A stretch of DNA of 64,000 nt, from the NCBI GenBank assembly GCA_048013815.1, contig CM106586.1:17174001-17238000 (forward strand). Reading direction: 5' to 3'. The DNA is from Setoptus koraiensis. Its lineage: Eukaryota; Animalia; Arthropoda. Position 1 is the first letter of the stretch. Each line of letters begins with the position of its first letter. Positions 1 through 11,945 of this stretch are shown piece by piece. The position numbers were made by a program, and so were the translations under genes. The notes under the pieces are model-generated. The model did no database searches and had not been told where the DNA came from. It was given only the letters and a program-made list of their open reading frames with translations.

Positions 1-3000
1 GACAAACGGCAAACAAACGACAAACAAACAACAAAAAAACAAACGACAAACAAACGATCGAGCCAACAGACAAACAAACGATTTTGTCTTTTTCGGGGCG
101 CCGGCGAAGACGCACGAACGGCGAGAAAATCAGCGAGGCCGCGAAAATCAGCGAGGCCGCGAAAGGGAGCGACGCCGAGAGATAGAGAGAGAGAGAGAGC
201 GACGCCGAATAAAACGCTGCGCGCAGACCGACGAGCGAGGGCACAAATGTGACGACAGAAAGCGCGAGACGATGACGTAACCGACGATGATCATTTCGAG
301 CTCATGTTGGTGGCTGTGATGCATCATGGAGAGCGGCCATTGTGCGCTGTGTCATGAATCATGATGCCGATTGCGGCTGCGATCGTTACTCGTTACGAGT
401 TAATTAGTTTTGGCGCACAATGCGAGCCAACATTGTTTTGGTTTCGCGAGGTTTCATGTGAACACGAATAGCTCATGTTTGCCCCCTCACAGCAACACTG
501 AATTGCGCGCGCGCGCTCACAATTAGATCAAGAGATGAAGCGATTGCATCACAGATTATATCACAATTAGGTGATTCGGGGCAGCAGCAGCCACAGCACT
601 ATTCCTGTTTTACGACGAGATAATTATCATCATGAGATTTGGAGGCCAAGCCGGCGCAAGACTATTAATCATTTACGCCAATTAACATGTTTATTTGTCG
701 AGCCGCTCGCTCGCTCTCCGCGGCTGCTGCCGGCTCGACTATTCGACTGTTCGTGTCGAATGCGAGAAACATCACAATGGATCGCGCGACCTCCCCGCCG
801 AACGCTGACTTGCGTAACTCATTGTAGGGGCATTCTTGCACTGGCATTACGATCGGTTTGTTTGCATCGCCGGACTTGCACTGCCAGTCGCCGGTTGCTC
901 GCTCGAATCGTCCCCTCGCCGTTCGGCGCAAACTGCGCCCGCTCATGATGCGCGATATGGGCCGACATGGCGACGGGCACGTACAATTGCAATTAGCCGC
1001 TCGGTCGCCGGCCGTCATGGCCGGGCCCCGGCGGCCATCAAAACGACGCCGGAGCAACACCAAAACGACGCGAAAACAACGCGAAAACCGACATCAAACT
1101 GCCCAATGCGAGCCGCAAACAGAACATAATAAAGACGCAGCGACGAAAAGAGATCGCGCTGTCGTGTTCGCCTCTCCCATTTTATCGTCTCTCTCGGCGC
1201 GTCCTTGCCTCAATTTCCATTTAATGTCCCACTTCCTCGGGTCAGCGCATTCGCGCTCTCGCTGCCCACTTGTTGCCCGGTCGCCGGCCGATTGATGTTG
1301 CTGGTGTGGCGACGCCGACAACAACGGCCCCAGCGCCAACAAGTGGTGACCGACGCGCCGCGCGGGGGCAATTTTATGCCCAATTAAACATTTCATTTCG
1401 CAATTAGACAAACAACACGAACGTGACCAACTTCGATAGCTGCGTGGCCGGCGCGCGCTTCTTCCATCGGCCACCGACCAATCACCGACCGATATTTTGG
1501 CCTGCCGTTGCCGCCATCTGACGACTGCCGGCCCAATCGCGCTCCGGCAACGCTCGAATAAATCTAGTTTGTTTCGGCCAGCCAACAAGCAAACTGACCG
1601 CCCGAAACAATGAGCAATTTATTTCGCACATTTCCGACTAAATCGCCTGTCGTTTGTCTAACTGTCCGACTGTCCTGTTACTGGTACAGACAGGCGGCCG
1701 CCGCCGCCGCTGGCGTGAATGCAAATATCCATTTTTATTCATGTTCGTATTTATATTTTATTGCAATTGTCCAATTGTCGCCATGCGTAAGGTGTCATGC
1801 GTGGCGCAAATCCTTATTTACGGCGCAATCCAACGCAACTTGTTGCTGTCGTCGCAATCGTTATTATGGGCGAGATAACTGCTTGCAGATATGCGAGATC
1901 GACTCGACTTGCGAATCGTTTCGAAATCGCCGCAATCGTACACCAATGTGACAGGCGCCTTTTTTTATTGCAATATGCAACCATCGCAGCATGGCACAAG
2001 AGCGTTCTTTTTCTCGGACAGATTTCTGCTGGCTGGACGAGGGCGAGTAAATTTTGGCAAACTTGGAAAAATCTCGGCAAACTTAGTAAAACTCAGGAAA
2101 AGATTTAGCACTTGTCGCGACGAGCGTCTGCAACAATCCTCGACGGTCGCCACTCCATCAAGCGGCGTAGCATTCACAAATGCAGCAGATGCAAGCCAGC
2201 CAACAATTTGTATCAATGGTGTCACTCGTATCAATTGTGTACCACTGTCGTACGACTGGCCGCCACTCTGTCTCGCCGGACAGGTGAGCGCTCAGCTGTT
2301 TCCGGGCGAACAATACTGAACGCACGCTGACGGCCATGTCTTGTCGCGCAAACAACGGATTAGAACAAAAATAATATAAAATTGACGGGCATGGTGCAAA
2401 ACCGGCCACAAAGCGGCCCGGCAAAGCTCTCCCGGCTCACTGATTGCGATTATTCCTCGGTCGCGGCGCTTCCGTCCGGGTCCGTATCGATTGTTCGATA
2501 GTCGTTGGCTCGAAAAGTATGTTGCCCGACTGACATTCGCCGGCGAAGTAGACAGGCACTCGCTCTGATCTGGAGTGAGTTTTCATTTCACGCCACAAGT
2601 CGCACTGCGTCAACCTCTCTCTAAACCGGAGAATTCGCGCAGAATCAGGGGGCCAAAACCTCATTTTTTCAAGCTGGATATCTATAAAATCTAGCATTTT
2701 CCAGTAAAATGAATCATGTTTTCCTGTTCCGCATTAACAGGAGATTCCGAGACGACCAGAGTCAAGTCGAAACCGGTGTCATGCTAATGAGGATTTCCTT
2801 GTCAGAGAACCTGCAAAAGCTACTCTTGGTCAACAACATGTCAAATTGAGATTGCCGAGAGACCTTGCGACTTTCCAGGACAACGATTTTCGATCTCGAA
2901 ATCGGACCTATTCGTAAAACGTGTTGCGTTGCTAAATAACAATCGATGATCATTGGGCTAGTGGTTTTGCCCGCTTGTCTCAGTTATCTCATCGTGATAG

Positions 3001-3472
3001 TGGTGCGATTGAAGAAGCGACGGATGGGGGGCCGAAATTGAGTGCAAATTTACTGAGGAATAAATTGACTGAAATCCAATTACATGCTCATTTCATTCTC
3101 TGAATTCTAATCAAACCGGTAGATTTCCTTCATCCATAGATAAAACACAAGTCAAAACTTCTTTTCAGGACGGGACCAGTTCGTCAGTTTGTCACCTGTC
3201 GGTGTGATGGCGACTTTTTACTGTCAAATTATTGTCAATTGAATTCTCGATTTCTTTCTTGAACCAAAAAGTAATCGTTTCAGCCACAATCGATTATAGA
3301 GACTTTGTAATTTTCACACTAGCCCTGGCGGAATCATATTCTTCCAAAAAGTTTTTCACGAGCCCAATAGAACGAATTTTTCTCCGTATTACCATAAACT
3401 CCCGGGAAGTTAGTGTGGATATTTCAAACCTGGAATTGATTGAGACTGAGATTATCTCTTGATTTATTTTCA

Positions 3473-4450
3473 TCATTCGGTATATTTGTCTAAAGTCGCC
3501 CATTTTTTATGTTGGTTCGAGGCTGTTTTGGCGGCTTGTGACTTCTGTTGTCCTTGTATGTAATTTCTCCGATAAAATTTAGCGAATAAATAAACAAAAA
3601 ATGACATTATTGACACCTCAAAGTAGAGTTTCGTTTTGGCACGTGATGTTTTGCAGGACTCCATGAATGATGGTTGTATATGACAGAAAATAATGAAAAG
3701 AAATTGAGTTATCTGTAACTGCGTCAAGTATCTCTTCCAGCCCAGATATGGTTGCGCTTCGGGATAGGTTGCCAGATAGTAGTAAGTGTACATAATTGTG
3801 TGAACGAAACTGTTGGCGATTGGCAATACGCGCATATTGCCGCCCACAAAAAATTTCAAATAAATCCAACTACCTGATGCCATTAAAGAATGGTGAAAAA
3901 CATGTAGGCCACTAATATTTCTGTCTTTTTTACGTAACACAAAGAATATTGTTTCAAGCATTTCGACTAGTCGTGACACATGATACAACCAACCGTAATA
4001 CAAAAATAGGAGTCCCTCATAACTTAAGTCATCATAACGATCCAATGGTATGCAACCAACAGCCTTACGACCATAATCCGATAGATAAAAGGTCATCACG
4101 AAGTACACGAGATTGAATGCGGCCATCAACAAGTTGTAGGCTCTGATTAGTGACAAAATATTGTAGGGTCTCCTATTTTTCATCATTCTTGGTCCGGCAC
4201 GTGTAGCAAACCATACATACAGGCCTACGATGATTGCCACTGGAAAGGGCGACCGAAGTATCATGTAATCTAGTGTTCTAGGGTCGCCATATTTGTCGAA
4301 AAAGCCGATTGTGACATAGTGAAGCATGTTGTACAATTGTTCCGTTACAGCTTTGCTCATTGTGATCGTTAGGTATTCGTTGAAATTCTTATCTTTGTTG
4401 AGGTTGTTGGGACTGGTTTCTGTATGATCGGCGATTGGATATTCTCTCAT
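3473..4450 (-). CDS. ELOVL/GNS1-family very-long-chain fatty acid elongase, intronless CDS, 325 aa
   Basis: ORF with the elongase histidine box LHVFHH, upstream ETIFFVLRKK, downstream NSFVHTIMYTYY and LTQLQITQF, and several hydrophobic segments. Confidence 0.95.
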   Translation of the reverse strand: MREYPIADHTETSPNNLNKDKNFNEYLTITMSKAVTEQLYNMLHYVTIGFFDKYGDPRTLDYMILRSPFPVAIIVGLYVWFATRAGPRMMKNRRPYNILSLIRAYNLLMAAFNLVYFVMTFYLSDYGRKAVGCIPLDRYDDLSYEGLLFLYYGWLYHVSRLVEMLETIFFVLRKKDRNISGLHVFHHSLMASGSWIYLKFFVGGNMRVLPIANSFVHTIMYTYYYLATYPEAQPYLGWKRYLTQLQITQFLFIIFCHIQPSFMESCKTSRAKTKLYFEVSIMSFFVYLFAKFYRRNYIQGQQKSQAAKTASNQHKKWATLDKYTE

Positions 4451-4937
4451 TATTTGATGTGGATGTTATTTGTAACTCAATCAATTGAGAGTGATCGATT
4501 GAATCAATCATTGGCCTGCCATTTATACGCGAGAGAAATCTGCAAATCTGAATTGAATCCAACAAGCTGATAGATTTTTATGCATTTTCACCACACATCA
4601 TGGCAGGTTTTTTGTTCACTGTACCGGTATGTGGTGGCTATATTAATACTTTGCATTACTTAACTTTCTGAATCCAATTGGAGGGATTGAATCGTTGTTC
4701 CATTTGAACATGATTGGAAAAAACTCCGTATTCTTGAAATTTTTATTTAGCATATCAGTTAGTTGACAATTAAGACGAGCCGATCTATCACACAAACATA
4801 ATTTGGAATAACGCATCGAGTGTACTAGCTAATTGCGTTGCGTAAGCGACGGCGTCGTAATCAAGATCAGATCTATAGTCAGCTCGATGGCAACTTCATG
4901 ACACACACTCACCTCTGAGCGGCTTTGTATGGACCCG

Positions 4938-5874
4938 AGAAAATCCACTTTTTTATCGCCAGTTCTTTTATGCACATCGACGATTTCTTACCAACATTCA
5001 CCTTTTAGTGAATTTGTGATGGCTTCTGCCGATCATCTGAGATGAACAATGTATGTACGCGCTACTCATGGGCATGAGTCTGAAATTTTCCACTGAATTT
5101 CCATACTTAAATTAAGTAACTTAATCAATATCTAACGAAAACAGACTCGAGCTGACTCATGATTTCAGGAGACCAATGCCGGCTGCCTAACAGCATCCGC
5201 ACACTAACAAATAAGATACGTTGCAATTCGCTGAATTTGCGAACTCGTCCCATTTTTCGGTGCGAAGACCTAATTTATGGAGCGGTGCCCCTTGAACTAT
5301 AACCAGGAGGTTTTGGCGACTTGTTACATATAATGACCTATTCGAACAATGGACACTCTACTTATATAATCTTACGCTTATATTGTGACATTGAACATTT
5401 CACCAAAAACGAAAACACTAATTTCATAGGAAAAGAATCGTATAAAAGTGAATATCGCTGTAGTTTGTTAGGCACATAGCAAAAATAAACAACTACTAAT
5501 GCAAACTAATCAGTAAACGCAAACTGCCATTTATTTATGAGAGGGAATAATCGATCCATTCAAAGATAAGATGATATGCGCATGCAAAAAATGTTTTGGA
5601 GTAGTGATCGTGAGTAAATGCCTCACATGAGACGAAAATCTCACTCCACAGTGGGACATCTCACAATGCGTATCGCACTATCACTCCTTCGGAGTGATTC
5701 CGGTCGGATATGACCTCTGGATGATTTTTTTTAACGGTTTTTTCATCTGCTGCTTGTTATGTGTATGCTTCGACTAATCGAAGGGGTTTCCAATATCACT
5801 TTCGGTATAGACATATTCAGCTGTCAATAAGGAATCGTTCATTAGAGAACAAGCAATAAAAAAGTGGATTTTCT
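4938..5874. repeat. Degenerate inverted repeat pair (4938-~4990 and ~5822-5874) enclosing ~830 bp
   Basis: AGAAAATCCACTTTTTTATCGC matches the reverse complement of 5853-5874 at 21/22, with weaker similarity continuing inward. Confidence 0.6.
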
Positions 5875-6719
5875 TCTGTGCAGGCAAACACTATTGGAAG
5901 TGAAAATTACAAACAAGTTGCTACGGGCCGTAATGTAAGCAACAATCGGGATGGCTCATAACAAGTCAATTTGACCTTGATCATGGCGATGTGGCTTGAT
6001 GAGTCTTGTGATTAGCAAGAGCACTCAATTCAGGATCTCTGTCTCCATTATTCATTCATTATGAAGCATTCGTTTGATCCAAACTACTGAAATGCAAAAA
6101 TTATAATGTGTAGGGACAATTTCGGATAAAATCGGAAATCACTGCTGCTGTGCAATTGCATGTGGATTGGAGTTGACACTCGCAGAGTGCCCGTCACTAC
6201 ATCATCAGAGTGGTAACCATCATTGTTTCAAACTATCATACGAAAAATGTTTTGTTGAAGGGTCCTTCGAACTTAGACAACAATTCAGAACATGAGCAGG
6301 GGATTCGCGAACGGATTAAATTTGGCATTTCGAATTTCAAGTTCCCGAGTGCACACTGAAATGAAACTGAAAAAATATCACTAATCAATGGCAAAAAATG
6401 GTGTTTCAAAAATATTCGGACACACACTGACGCATTGACGGGCTTGTTAAATTGGCATCGGTATTATTTGCCCGTGGATGATGTTTTAATTTTCCCACTA
6501 ATCGAGAAATATCCACATTGATGGTTGGTAACACTGGCACTTGCGTCGCATCGAGGGTATATCGTTGTGCTCGCAAATTGTCATTTTTTTTATCGCGCAA
6601 TGATCGATTACGCTACCTTGCGATCACATTGTTCACGGGCCAAACCCAATCCTGAATTAATAATCTCAATTAATGATCTCAATTAATAATCCTAATTAAG
6701 AATGCTAATTAAGTGCTGA

Positions 6720-9353
6720 TCATGTCTGCAACAATTTGCTAACTCGATGCCTGACTGTGACCAGAAGCGATATCAAATAGATGAGGAAATGGCCCATCAG
6801 GCCCAACAGCGAGTATAGAGCCTGGTAGTCGTACATTCCGAACATTTCGATAAGATGAGGACGATAAATGGAGCAGTCTTTGTGGTGCTTGCCCGAATTG
6901 AGGGAATCGGCCAGATTTTTGGCCATATCAGTGACGGTGTTATTTTGTGTCTCAGTGTAATTGTTTGCTAAATCGTGGGCCATGTTGTGATAATCGTAGT
7001 AGATGCCGTTTCGTGGCGATGATGTTGAATTGTGTGTAACGGGCAAAAAATAGTCTGCAACTGAATTGAGCGCGTCGGGCAAATCAACAAATTTTGCATC
7101 AATTTCATGCATATATAATGCCAATTGTGGGTCACATTGGCACAAATTGAAGCCGTACCTGATGAGATTGGCCAAAGTGAGATACAGCCGAAACATCGAG
7201 GCCCAACTGGCCGTTCTGATCCACGGACGCATGCTTGACGGCCTCAACATGACGCCCCCTACAAACACTTGTGGCATAATGGTGAGCATGACTACTAGAG
7301 CGGCCGCTGGCGGGCTGCCCCACACGAGGGTGCCCCACAGCATGCCATTGGTTGAGCATATCAGGGTTGCGGCGCCCACTAGCGCCGCCAGGGTCCACAT
7401 TCGCCACTCGAAATAACTGTTAGGCAGATCCATTAATTTCCACATGCCGGATATTGTCACCATTGGCAACAGAACGTCGCGCACAATGGCCAGGCCCAAT
7501 GTCGAAAAGACCAACACCTTGTAACTGTAGCAGCCGTTACGTAACTCGTTTATTGCGACCCGCACCGTGGCCGGAAAGGTGAATAGTGCCGCGTAGTTGG
7601 CGCTTGCCGATATGGTCAACATTGTCACCATGAAAACTCTCATGCTGTCGTTCATGCTGTTCAGTTCCTCTTTTCTGTCGGACAGCAGGCTCTCGAATCC
7701 CCTTTCGCCCTTGTCCAGCATGCCGGCTACCCGCAGGTCGCGCATTATCATCGGGCACATGTTTGATTTGCCCGAGCCGCTGGGCAGCGCCAGCCGCGCT
7801 ATCAGTATCGACACGATACACACGCCCACACTTGTCACCACTTGCAGAGTGTCCCGGAACGCCGTCCTAAAATCGCGTTCCACCAGTATTTTCACCTGAT
7901 GCCAAAAGGCCTGACGCTTCTGGTTTTCGCGCGATATTTTGAGCTTCACCGACGATCTGTTGTCGCCGCTGCTCTTGTTCAGACAATCCGTTGGCGGGCC
8001 AGCGACGCCATTTTTGGGGCCAGCGACGCCATTTTTGGGGCCAGCGACGCCATTGTTGGGGCCACTCGATGCGGCACAAAATTGTGAGAAATTTTCCGCG
8101 TGCTTGCGCAACTGATATTGCGACAACAATGTCAGTGTCTTCTGGCCGTGCACTCCCGAGGCCAACTCCAACAGGAACGACGCCACGTCCGTTCTGTCCA
8201 AGTTGCTCACTTCCGGAATAGCGTCCCCAATGACACGTTCCACGCAGGCCAGCGCCTCTATCGGACAGCCCTCGTACACGACCTGGCCCAGTCGGGCCAT
8301 TATGTAGACCTTGTCGAACAGGTTGAATATCTCGATATCGGGCGCGTGAATTGTCAGCACGATAGCCAACGGTTGATTGAAGTGCGCTGGCCTGTCGTCG
8401 GAGTGTCGAGTCAATTGTTTCAGGCACGCCATCATCTTTTTGGTGGTGTAAAAGTCGAGGCCCGTTGTGGGCTCGTCCAAAATGAGCAAATCGGGCCGAC
8501 ATACGAGCGCCCGGCCCACCGACGTGCGCCGGTATTCACCGCCCGATATGGCGCCACATCTTGTGTTCAGGCAATGCTCTAGATTGAGCACCCTGGTGAT
8601 CTTTTTGATTTGTAGTTGGTTCATTTAGGGATACATTTTATACATTGAACAATAAACTTTGTTAGCAACTATGGCATAATTGCATGCGAAAATTGTGCCT
8701 CAAATTGTCAAGTGGCCGGTATCATTGTGCCAAAATTGCGGCAAAAATACCGGCAAAAATGCCGGCGAAAATGCCGGCAAAAATCGGCATCGTAGGCGAA
8801 AAATCGGCTAGCCTCTAACACTCACCCATTGGACATTGTCGGCGTGATTAAACTTGCTGCTACTATTCATCAAGCGACTGCTGAATATGAGATTCTCTTT
8901 CACTGTCATTAAATCATTCAAAAAATCAACCTGTGGTATGTAGGACAGTGACACGGTTTGTTTGGCGTTGTTGCTCACCAGATATCTGTTTCCGCTGTAG
9001 CCTTCAGTTTTGCCCACCAGCGCCTTCAGCAGCGATGACTTGCCGGCGCCCGATGGGCCCAGAATGGCCAATATTTCGCCTGAGTTTGCCGATCCGTTTA
9101 AATTTTCAAGAACGACACGATTTTCATCGGCTTTAATTCTTGATTGCGTTTCATTCTTGCTTGCTGTCAGCGATTTGCATAGTGACTGCAATTTTGAGAT
9201 ACTGCTCACAATCGCGTCCGAGTTGCTCTTATTTTGCACCTCAAACCTTAGCTTGTCCCACACGATACTGAAAGATGGTTTGTCTTGTGTAGATTGCACT
9301 GTATCATGTTGGTGTGTGGTACTGAATTTTGTTAGTGTTACGAGTTCTTTCAT
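6720..9353 (-). CDS. ABCG-family half transporter (NBD then TMD), 2 exons: 9353-8826 and 8600-6720, ~802 aa
   Basis: Exon 1 has Walker A GPSGAGKSS and Q-loop YIPQ. Exon 2 has signature ISGGE, Walker B LLILDEPTTGLD, H-loop TIH and a C-terminal multi-TM domain. Donor TGG|GTGAGT at 8825 and phase-0 acceptor AAAG|ATC at 8601 give a 225-nt intron; the acceptor choice is inferred. Confidence 0.9.
7993..8062. repeat. 21-bp in-frame tandem repeat x3 in the ABCG CDS (GPKNGVA)
   Basis: GGGCCAGCGACGCCATTTTTG repeated. Confidence 0.9.
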
Positions 9354-10661
9354 GATTGCAACTAATTGATTTATCTGCTGTTGATGCTCATAGCTAAATT
9401 CGAACAGATATTATTTTGAGATATTTGGCCCGATATTTGTAGTCCGATAACAGCAACTATTTTTTAATAACTATCGCGACTATGAGAAAACTGTTCGATT
9501 GAGTCCTGCAATTCTACTACGGGCAAATTACGTGATTTGCCGTAGTAGAATTGCAAGCGAGCTCAGGTGCATGTACACCACGATGGTGCATTTTTATTGA
9601 ACGACCCTGACACCACGAGATTGAGCATAAATAGCATAAATGAAGCTTTGGAAAAACATTTCTATTGAAATTTTCAACTGAGCTTCTCTTCAGAAACATT
9701 GTACTACGTGTAATTTATCACTGTCATGTCGGAACTACAAATATCGCGCATCAACTTTCGCTATGACTGGTATTTTCACGCCTATTGCAAGAAAAGGACA
9801 AGAGAGGCGCTCTTATCAGCCAAAAAATGCATTCAAAAAGCTTGAGGTGTCTCGATAAATGTTGCGTTTTTCTTAATGATTTGTTTTTCGATCGCTCGAT
9901 TCGAGCTCGCCTACGAAAAATGCATGCACAAAAAGCGACCTCGAGTGGCTTTATCTTGAACTGCAGCCAAAGACATTGGTAGTACCAATTTAGTACAGCA
10001 ACTTGCGTAAGATTAGAGTCGCACATCTTACGCTGCAGCTAAAAACGAGTAAACAAGTTTTTGCCATTGTTGCATCATTTGGCTTCGATTGAGCTGCCAA
10101 GTTCAGAGAGTGTTGAGATTCGAAGAAACTCAACCCTTAGACAGCACGGCGCTTGTGAGATGCAGAAAAATGGCAGACAATAACAAGCTGTGTCATATTG
10201 CGCCCGTCGAATCGAGTTGTCTTGCCACAATCGTCGACAGGTAATGTCAGTTGTGAGGCCTCTGTTGTCGGTGGCAGGTTTGCCTCGGCAGATCTCGGCC
10301 AATTGAATAGTCGACAGCAGAGAGACGAGGGCATGTAAATCGAGCTCGTTTACAGCAAATCAAGCAAATCGTTCAATACACAATCAGCGACCACGACGAA
10401 AATCCGCGCTCGCCAGAGACGATTTGCAAACCCGCTGCCAAGATCTGCAAACCAGAACGCACAACTAACAGCCTATTTAACTCTGATTATTTCTATTCTT
10501 GTCATCTTGTGAGCAAACAAAGTTTCGTAAAATACATCACAGTTAATTTCTCATTGTAATTAGTAAACATTGCACAAAAGCTCAGAACATCAACCAAATT
10601 AAAATTGCCTAGCTTCACATCGCAGACTGCCTAATCACAAGTTAAAAAGATCTACGTTCGC

Positions 10662-11945
10662 CTACGATCCGACAAAGTCATCAACGCTGCGCTCTTTCTC
10701 TGGCTTGCCAAACGACATGAAATAGTCCGTCACTGGATCAGGTAACCAACGGCCAATTGGACCCGACAGGAATTGATACCATCTGTTTCCGGGGAAGAGC
10801 ACACTTTGAGGATGGACGGATCGTATGGCGTCGTCGAAGGCCTCCAAGAAACTGTCGTCTTCCAATTTTTCAATCGACTTGCAACTTGGTGCTCCGCACA
10901 AACTCTCGAAAATAGGCGACATAAATTTATCTTGAATCTTCTGAAAATAGCAGCTTGATGGTTCGTTCGAACTCGTGCAAGATGGTTCTGATAAAGATGG
11001 CAAAAATGTTAACATATGAAATGAATCATAGGGTCTGGCGGCAGTGTCGCCTTGCTTCATTTTTTCCATTTTGCCGAATTCACCTGTGGTAAACTGCTCA
11101 TATCTCTTGAATAACCTTTCGTAGATGAGCTTCTCGTCCCGATCCAACTCTTGCCAGGCTCTCTTCAGGTTGTTCACCACATTGCCGTGTATGTTTGTGT
11201 TTTTTATCGCGTTGCCGGGCAACACAACGATCGTCTTGACTCCAAAATGTTCCGTTTCGTTCTGTATACAACGAGACATTTGACAGATGCCAATTTTAGT
11301 TGCGCTATACAGGGCAGTCAATTTAGTTGGCACCAACGCCAATCCACTTGACACATTTACAATGCGTCCCTGGCCTCTAATTAGCAGTGGCATAAATTCT
11401 CGAATGGCCAGTACATGTCCCCTGAAATTTATATCACACACTCGCTCGATCATGGTCCTGCTTTCCATTGTTAAATGTATGGCTGCCGGGCCCAGGCCAG
11501 CGTTGTTCACTAAACAAAATAGTCTCAATTGGGGATTTTTCTCAAATATACCATCGATATTTTTGCGTGCCTCGCAGATACTTTCCGACGACGATATGTC
11601 CATGTTTACAAGGTGAATCGAGCCTGTTTTTTCATTTAATTCACTCAGTTCCTTATAACCAGGCTCAAGGTCGTTGTAGTAGCAGGCGATTATGGTGAAA
11701 CCCAGCCTGTGATAAAACTTTGATAAGGCCAAACCAAAGCCTGATGTTGCGCCAGTTATCATTATGGCCTTGCCACGACTTGATGTTATCCTATTGCGTC
11801 GTGATATTAGTATATGGGACATTCTCTTCAATAGCGAAATGGACACAAACAGAGCAACGCACGCTACAGTGTGAAAGATAGGCCACGCAACAATGTTGGC
11901 GAGCTCACTCAACCATTGCAGACCAGACATAATTAGATGAAACAT
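10662..11945 (-). CDS. Short-chain dehydrogenase/reductase (BDH1/RDH/17beta-HSD-like) with N-terminal membrane anchor, intronless, 427 aa
   Basis: TGATSGFG cofactor motif, LVNNAG, GRIVNVSS, catalytic YSATK, hydrophobic N-terminus. Confidence 0.93.
   Translation of the reverse strand: MFHLIMSGLQWLSELANIVAWPIFHTVACVALFVSISLLKRMSHILISRRNRITSSRGKAIMITGATSGFGLALSKFYHRLGFTIIACYYNDLEPGYKELSELNEKTGSIHLVNMDISSSESICEARKNIDGIFEKNPQLRLFCLVNNAGLGPAAIHLTMESRTMIERVCDINFRGHVLAIREFMPLLIRGQGRIVNVSSGLALVPTKLTALYSATKIGICQMSRCIQNETEHFGVKTIVVLPGNAIKNTNIHGNVVNNLKRAWQELDRDEKLIYERLFKRYEQFTTGEFGKMEKMKQGDTAARPYDSFHMLTFLPSLSEPSCTSSNEPSSCYFQKIQDKFMSPIFESLCGAPSCKSIEKLEDDSFLEAFDDAIRSVHPQSVLFPGNRWYQFLSGPIGRWLPDPVTDYFMSFGKPEKERSVDDFVGS

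Noticed and set aside
2437-3462. Short ORFs downstream of the elongase
   Set aside because: No consistent frame, splice chain or recognisable domain; probably UTR or intergenic.
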